From IMG/VR virus record IMGVR_UViG_3300026549_002518, positions 394-64,393 of that record: a stretch of DNA of 64,000 nucleotides. One strand, 5' to 3'. How positions within the stretch are numbered: position 1 is the stretch's first letter; each line of letters begins with the position of its first letter. This stretch comes from a virus. Taxonomy: Duplodnaviria > Caudoviricetes. The translations under genes and the position numbers were made by a program. Under the pieces are notes generated by a model. That model ran no database searches, had not been told where the DNA came from, and saw only the letters and a list, made by a program, of their open reading frames with translations. Shown here piece by piece: positions 13,301-22,300 of the stretch.

Positions 13301-16300
13301 GTGCAGAGCTTGAACGCTTTGAGAACATGACCGGCAAGGAGAAGAGAGAGAACAGCAGCATACCTTTGACTATGTACGGTATTGCCAAGCGTGCAGCCAT
13401 TGACCCACGACTGGTGAACCCCGATGCAGCTGACGAGCCGCTGAGCAAGACCAATGCCGCAGTCAAGGAGATACTGGCAGACCTAAAGAGCACCAAGAAG
13501 TACAACGGTACTGTTGCCGTATTCTGTGACAATCAGAACCGTTTAGGCAATGGTGGTGTCGTTGAGTTCAACATCTTTGACGACATGAAGGCTAAGCTGG
13601 TTGCGGAGGGCGTTCCCGAAAAGCAGATAGCCATCATCAAGAGCAGCATGAGTATCAGTGCCAAGCAGAAGATATTCGATGCCGTCAACAAGGGAGAGGT
13701 ACGTGTTATTATGGGTAGCACGCAGACCTTGGGAACCGGTGTGAACATTCAAGAGCGCCTGCACTGTCTGATACACATGGATGCGCCCGACCGCCCTATG
13801 GACTACACACAGCGTAACGGACGTATCGAGAGACAGGGCAACCTGCACAAAGACTGGGGTCTGCCTATCCGCATACTCCGCTTTGGCGTAGAGGACTCTC
13901 TCGATGTGACAGCCTACCAGCGCCTAAAGACAAAGTCCGGCTTCATTGACTCTATTATGAAAGGTAAGGAAGCTTTGGCCAACAACCAAACAGACCGTAC
14001 CATTGAGGAAGAAGAGGAAGGACTGTTTGACAATCCCGTGGCCGTTCTTTCCGGTTCGCAGTTTGCCATGAAGAAAAACCAGGCAGAGCGAGAGCTGAGA
14101 AAGCTGCAGGGCAAGTATAACGCATGGGAAGCCGACCAGATATATGTATCTGCACAGCTTCGTGCCAACGAGGGTTGGGTACGTGACCGTGAGAAGAAGA
14201 TTGCTGAAACCCAAGAGCAGCTGGACTTCATACGTGGCATGTTTCCTGATGGTAAGGTAAAGGTTATCACCGTCGGTAACACCAAGGTCGATATGACCAA
14301 GGAAGATGCCGGCAAAAAGCTTGACGAGGTTATCAAGGAGAAGATTAACGACCCTGTAAACGCCACCGTCAAGAATCTCAGAGAGAATGAGATATACAAC
14401 GACGAGACCATACCGTATACTATAGAGCTTGACGGTCATCCTGTCAAGTTAGAGGCAGACATTTTCCGTACTTCTGACTGGGATCGTGGTCAGATGCGTA
14501 CCACCATCCATAAACGTTTGCACTTTAGCAGTGGTGATTTAAGACTGGACGATGGTACTGGTGGAATAGGTACAACCAGGAGTGTTCGTGAAATCCTTGA
14601 CGACATCATGCAGACTGTCATTTCCGGAAAGGGCTATGAGGACGTCATCAGTAACGCTAAGCTTTCCATCCAGCGTGCCAACGAGTCTACAGAACAGCTT
14701 AAGCAACGTGAGGGCCAGCCGTTCCAGTACATTAAGGAGATGGCAGAAGCCAAGGAGCGTGTAGAGGAATACACAGCGCTGATGAAGAAGGAGCTGGAAG
14801 AGAAAGAAGCCAAGTACAAGGCACAACAGCAGGATACCAAGGATGGATTCGATCTTAAGAAAGCCGCTGACACAGAGGATGATGAGGTACGTTACAGCGC
14901 TGATGAAGACTGGGACGATGCCATCTTCTACAGTAACGCTATGCGAGCTGTTGAGAATATCCGACAGGAAAAGGCCACACCGCAGCAGTGGCTTGCTATG
15001 ATTGACAAGAATGGTGGACTGAAAGCCGGCGAAGACAAGTGGTTAGGACTGTCTGACTGGTTGAAGTCACAGGACAAGAAGTCGCTGACTAAGCAGGAGG
15101 TCATCAACTACATACTCTTACATGAGATAGAGGTGCTGGACGTCCACTATGGTCGTTCACCGCTGGACTTGCTAAATGAAGAGTTCTATTCCCTGCGTAA
15201 GAAGTATATGGATGCTGGCGACGGCACATACCTTGCAGAGCGCAAGGCCATGAACGACCTTGACGATAGATACCCAGGCTTTGGAAAAGGTACTTATCTG
15301 CAACACTTCGACGATGGCACAGTGTATGTTGACTATGACTACGACGAGCCGAAAGCAGTCAAGCAGCTGGAGGAATACTTTGCCAGCAATGTCAAGGTGA
15401 TAGAAGACACTCGTCTACAGTACACGACAACAGGACTGGAGAACAAGCAGGAGATAGCTTTGATAGTTCCTACCATTGAGCCGTACAACCAAAACGACGA
15501 GATACATTTTGGTGATGCCGGTAATGGTCGTGCTGTTGCATGGGTACGCTTTGGTGAAACTACCATCAAACCAGATGGCACGACAGGCTACAAGACTCAC
15601 GACAGTTTTGTACTGGCCATGCAAAAGAAGTACAATGGCGCTATGGGCTATGCTCTGCGTGAAAAGATGACCGACGAAGAAAAGCTGATTGAAGATAAGC
15701 TGATGCGTTACGCCTTTATTGAGGATGAAGGCGAACAGCGTGTATTGGTTATTGACGAGATACAGTCTAAGCGTCATCAGGACGGTAGAGAAATGGGCTA
15801 CGGTGTTCCTGTATTTACTAAAGCTACCATTGGCGAGTATAAGCCAACAGATGAAGAAACAGAGTTTGAAGCAGATATTATAGCACCTAACGGAAATAAG
15901 ATAGGTACTATGATCCGCTATGAATACGAAGATGAGCCTGTTAGTTATTCTGCCATGAATAACAATGGCACTCACATGACCAGTGCAAGGCCTACTGAAC
16001 AAGAGGCTTTGACAGCTATGGACCATCTCTCCCCTAAAGGTGTTCCAGAAGCACCGTTTGAAAAGAACTGGCATGAGCTGGCAATGAAGCGCATGCTAAG
16101 ATATGCAGCCGAAAACGGCTATGATAAGATAGCATGGACTACAGGCGCACAGCAGGCAGAGCGGTACAACATCGGTCAGGTTGTTAAAAGGATACAGTCT
16201 GGTATATATCCAGATGGAACAAGAAATACTATTATCAATCTAAATAGTGGAAAATACATCTCATTATATCATGACGAAAATGGCAACATAACAAGAATCG

Positions 16301-19300
16301 CTGGAGATAGGGGATTTGTAGACGATGCTAAGAATTTGTCTGATGTCGTTGGTAAAGAATTAGCTATAAAAATTCTTTCACAGACAAAGCGAGGAAAAGA
16401 AGGTGCTGTTGAATATTCAGGTGACAATCTTCGTTTTGGTGGCGAGGGCATGAAAGGCTTCTACGACCAAATGTTACCGCGCTTTATGGAGAAGTACGGC
16501 AGAAAATGGGGTGCAAAGGTCAGTAAGATAGAGCTTCCAAACGTTGAGGCACCTGCCATGTGGTCTGTAGACATCACACCGGAAATGAAGGAGAGTGTGA
16601 TGCACGGTCAGCCACTGTTCAGAGACATGGAGCAGTTTGCCGATGGTGACACGTTCCCCATCCATGTGTCGCACAGCTATTCTGATACCGACGTGGTAAG
16701 ACGTACCAGCAGCTACAGCACCGACCTGATGCCCGACGAGTACGGCAGCCTTCCCGAGCTGTTAGATGCCATCCGTCGCCAGTACCCAGCATACTATGCT
16801 ACCATTGAGGATGGTAACGTACGACTGGAGAAGTGGTCAAACGTGCTACAGAGTGAGCGCACAGCAAGCAATATGAAAGATGCTGGTGCCAAGAGCTATA
16901 TCGACAGAAAGACCAAGAGGAGTATTGATGCCGTCAACAGCCTTGCAGATATGCTGCACCTCAATGTTGAGGTGCTGACAAGTACCGACGGCCTACAGGG
17001 TAAGAAAGCTCGTAGCCGTGGATGGTTTGACCCAAAGACCGGAAAGATTGTGCTGGTACTTCCCAACCACCGCAACCAGGAAGACCTTATCAACACACTG
17101 TTGCATGAGGGTGTAGCGCATGCCGGACTGCGTAAGATGTTTGGTGTACACTTCGACACATTCCTGGACAATGTATACAACAATGTATCGCCAGTCATCA
17201 AGGCACGCATTGATGCAGCCATGAAGCGTAACAAGTGGGGACGCCATGAGGCTACCGAGGAATACCTTGCCAAGCTTGCAGAACGTACCGACTTCGATAA
17301 TGCCTACAGCCAAGGATGGTGGAATAAGATTAAGCAGTTCTTCCTTGACATGCTTACCAAGGTAGGCGTACGCATGCAAGAGCTGTCGGACAACGAGCTA
17401 CGCTATATTCTGTGGCGCAGTTATGATAATCTGTTGCATCCCAACAAGCGCAGGAATATCTTTGACAAAGCCCGTGAAGTACAGATGCAAAGTCGCCTGC
17501 GTGTTGGTCCATACAGAGAACGAGAGAGAATACAGTGGACTGGTAAAGTTGATGCCAGCCGCATAGCCGCTGAGGCAGAGCCAAACAACGAAGAAATGTT
17601 AAATAAAGACTTTGATAGCATGACGTCTCAGGAAATATTGTTATCTTTGTCACAAAAAGATGATTATGGAAGAAACGAAGCAATCAATGAGCTTGTCAGA
17701 CGTATCAGAACAGGAGCTGCAAGAATTGTACGAATGGGGAAAGACCTGGGGAGTGAACGAGAAAACGATGCATCACTTGCTGGTCGAATCATTGGCGGAT
17801 GGCAACTTGGACTATCTTCACAGTCAGATGAAACACTGGGAAGCGTGGTGTCGGGTATACCCCCGTTGGAAGGAAGACCCACACCTGCAGGGCAGAATAC
17901 TCCGACCGATTACCAACATGCCATCATCGAATGGGCAAAAGCCACAGGGCACTACATCTCCGAAGAAGAGGTAAGAGAATCATCACCCGATAAAGACGTT
18001 TGGCACTCCGGCGCACAGAGCCGTGTCTATAGAACTCCAGACGGCAAGAAAGTTGTCAAGTTCATGGAATCATGGGTTTATTGGCAGAACCCGTTGCTAA
18101 AGAATTTGGACAGTATTGCCCTTCACAATGCTGCAGGCTTTGTTCCTATGACAGTCATAGGCTATTCGACCGACAAAAACGGTAAGCTAAGAATTGTACT
18201 GGAGCAAGACTATGTAGACGGTATCACTGTCGACGACATGTTTGATGACGAACCCCTCATCAAAATAAATAACTATATTGACGTCTTCATGGAAGAAGAG
18301 CTTGGTCTTGTGCGTCATATTGACCCAGACGGCAACCTCTTCCACATGAAGGATGGCGTCATCTACAAAGACTTCCACGGTGCAAACATTGTTGTCGACA
18401 AGGATTTCCATCGACACGTCATTGACTGTTACGTATCACTGGCTGACGATGACAAGAAGGAGAGAACAGGCTCGTTTGTTATTGAGGATAACGAGAAAGA
18501 GCTATTTTCCATCCGCACCAAGGAAGCACCCAAGAAGACCGGCACAGGTTATAAGGTGTTTGTGCTGAAAGACGGTGAGCTATATCCCCCGATGGTAGCC
18601 AACCCAGGAGGTGAAGGTACGCCTGTAGGTGTATGGCTGGATGCTGATGCAGCACCTGTCATCGGTGAGAGCAAGACAGGGCGTCCGCAGGTTAAGGCTG
18701 GCGGCAAAGGCACACAAGGCGGCAGTGGACAGCTGGCATACCGTCCAGGCTGGCATCTTGGCACTATTCCTTACGCCTTACAGTTTGGCCGCAAGGATGC
18801 CAACGGCAACAAGACCTTATTCCCCAACAACTTTGTATGGGCAGAGGTAGAGTATGCAGACGATGTAGACTACCAGCAGGAAGCACATGATGCAGGCATC
18901 AATGCCAATGGCAAGTACCAGCACGCACTGGCTGGCTTGAAGCATGTTCCCGAGGATGGCAGCTATAAGTATCGCACCAATCCCAATCCCAACACCGACG
19001 AATGGATCATTACGGGAGCCATGCGCGTGAAACGCATCCTTACAAGGGCAGAAGTCGACGAGCTTGTCCGCAAGGCAGGCCGTGAGCCACAGCAGATACA
19101 GGATGGTGACATTGTGACGGATGACGTGGTAAAGCAGCTCAACGAAGAGATACAGGCCATGAAAGAAGCAGACGACATGGGTCTGTTGTACAGCGCTGAT
19201 GAAGACTGGATAGATATTGCTAAAGGTGTCTATGAGCGTGCCGTAGCCAAGGAGTCGCTGAAATATCAGGAAGCCTGGCAGGACTCTATGGTAAGCCTTA

Positions 19301-22300
19301 AAGCCATACAGGATGCCATTGCCAAGCAGACCGGCAAAGTGGCCACAGGAGCCGAAGATGCTTACCACTTTGAGAATCGCATGCACGGCCGTGCAAAGAA
19401 CATGGCAGAGAAATACATCTGGAATTTCTACCGGCCAATGCTAAAGGCTTTCCATGACTTCTGCAAGGGTAAGGCGTACACGATGGAACAGGGCCTTGAC
19501 TACCTTGTGGCCAAGTCCGGACTGGAGCGTAACGTATACTTTGCTTTCCGTACAGCCGCCAAAGACAAGTTAGAGGCCATTGTTGAGGCAGAGCGTAAGC
19601 AAATCAAACAGGACTATGCTCACAACCGCATCGACGAGAAGGAATATAAGAAGCAGATGGAAGCGCTGGCAAAGAAAGAGCGTGAAGGTATTGATGACGT
19701 GATGGACGAGGTGCGTAATACCTTGGCATGGAGCCGTGCCAAGGAAGACTATGCCAACGGTACTATAGACTATACCGAGTGTCTGCGACGTATGGAAGCG
19801 CTTATCCGCAGCCGTCTTAATACATATAATAAATACGCCCATGACTATTCCGGACTCACTGAGACCTTTGCAAAGGACTGGTACGATATGGCACAGGACG
19901 TGAAGAGAGAGGCACAGGCAGCCGTTGACCCCAAAGAAAGGGCAGCACGCTATCACGAATACAACGACCTGATGAATAAGGCTTATGAAATGGCACGCCA
20001 GTATGCTGAGGACGCTGTTTTCTCTGCCGAGCAGGACAATAAGGAGTCCGTCAATGGCTTGTGGGATGCCGTCAACGAGTCTACTAAAGAGACGTTGAAG
20101 TTCAGCTATGAAAGCGGACTGATGAGTCGTAGCGTATATGACCGTGTACGCACGATGTTCGATTATTATATTCCCTTGCGTGGATGGGATGAAGACAAGG
20201 CCAGTGACGTGTACGAATACATGGGTAAGGACAATGTTTTCTCACCAGCTGTCAAGAAAGCCTGGGGACGTACCAGCAAGGCCGAGAATCCACTGGCATA
20301 TATCGGTAATATCGCCGTAAGTACCATCCTTTCCGGACACCGTAACCAGCTTAAGCAACATTTCTTGAACTACGTAATGAACAATCCTACCAACTTGGTA
20401 AGCATCAGTCAGTCGTGGTATGAGAACATAGGAACGGAAGACAGTCCGATGTGGATATTGCGCACAGCAGACACGGCAGGAAAAGATGCCGACGAGATAG
20501 CACAGATTGTCAACGACTTCAACGAAGAGATGCAACAGAAGCAGCGTGAGGGACTGGCAATGCCGGTAACCGGCCGCTTGCGTCTCGACGTACATGCTAC
20601 CAAGGGACAAAAGGCAGAGCATGTCATAGAGGTGCAGCGTGGTGGCCACACCTATGAGCTGTATATCAATGGCAACCCCAAGGCAGCCCAAGCCCTTAAC
20701 GGAAGCACGGCAAGAGCAGTCAGCCGCATATCGGACACTTTTATAGGCCGTCAGCTGACAAAGCTCAACCGTAACATGGCAATGTTCTTTACGTCCAAGA
20801 ACCCCGCCTTTGTCATCAGTAACCTTAGCCGAGATATGAATATGGCCGGTGCCAGTGTTGCTGTCAACGAAGGACCGGAATACAACGCACGCTTTATGGC
20901 TAATGTTGCCAAAGTGCTTACTCCGAGAGTGGCCACCGGTGATGTGGCCAGCATGGGACTGAAAGGACTGGTAGGCAAGGGACGTGGTATTACCGGACTC
21001 ATGCCTAAGCTGATGAAGAAGTGGCAGGATGGCAAGCTCGACGACCGTAACGAGACCGAACGTCTGTTCAAAGAGTTTATGAACGAAGGCGGTGAGACAG
21101 GTTTTGTCAACATGCTCAGTATCGACAGCTTCAAAGAGAAGATGCTGGACGAGATCAGTCAGATGAACGGCAGCACCCTGTTTGGTAGCAAGGCCAAAGT
21201 AAAGGAAGCATCTATCAGCAAGGCTTTACGCCTGATTGGTGACACCTTTGAGTTCTATAACCGCTGTGCTGAGGATGCCACACGTTTCGCCGTGTATATG
21301 ACCAGTAGACAGATGGGTAAGACCTTAGAGCAGGCTATTGCCGATGCCAAAGACGTAACGCTGAACTTCAACCGTAAGGGTACAGGTGACAAGGGCAACG
21401 CAGAAATACGTGACCTGTTTATCTTTGTCAATCCGGCAATACAGGCGCTTGCCAACATGTACCAGATGGGCAAGCAGCACCCGTTGAAACTTGGTGCCGT
21501 AACGTTAGGCTTTGTCACCGTTGGTGCACTGATACCGGTCCTTAACGCATGGATGCAGAATATGTGGGGCGACGATGACGACAAGGATAGCTACTGGAAC
21601 CTGCCACCTTGGGTTCGCAAGAACAACCTTGTCTTCTGGGTGCCTGGCACAAAGAACTACATTACCATACCGCTGGCGCAGGAGTTCCGTGTGTTCTACG
21701 GTGTCGGTGAGATGGTAAGCTCTGTATGCTACGACCATCCTAACAGCAATATGGGTATGGAGATTGTAGAGAGCTTTGCCGACCTTGTTCCCATCAATCC
21801 GACCGGCAACGGTGGCAACCTACTGATAGACTTTACACCGACAGGCGCACAACCGCTGGCACAGCTGTCTTTCAATACCGACTTTACAGGAAAGCCCATT
21901 TGGCGTGAGAACCAGGGCAACAAATATGAGCCGATGTATACCAAGGCATATATCAGCACGCCTAAGTGGATGACGAAGATTAGTGAGGGTATCAATTATG
22001 CCACCGGTGGCGATCAAGACAGCCGTGGATGGCTGGAGCGTAGCAAGGCCGGTGCATATATCAACAATCCTGCCGTATGGAACCATCTGCTGCAAGGCTA
22101 CTTTGGCGGTATGTACAACACCATATCAAAGAGCTTTGACGTGGTAACCACAGCCGCACAGGGTGAGATACCAAAAGTTTATCAGACACCTGTTGTCAAC
22201 CGCTTTGTGAACAGACCTATAGAACGTGAGGATGCCGGTGTGTTGGGCGAAGATTACTGGAAGTTGGTAGACGAGACGGAAGAGACCATGCACAATATCC

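Noticed and set aside
14773-14788. Third partial copy (16 bp) of the 21-bp cassette repeat
   Set aside because: Different reading frame (YTALMKK) and shorter; noted, but cannot be distinguished from chance or an old duplication.
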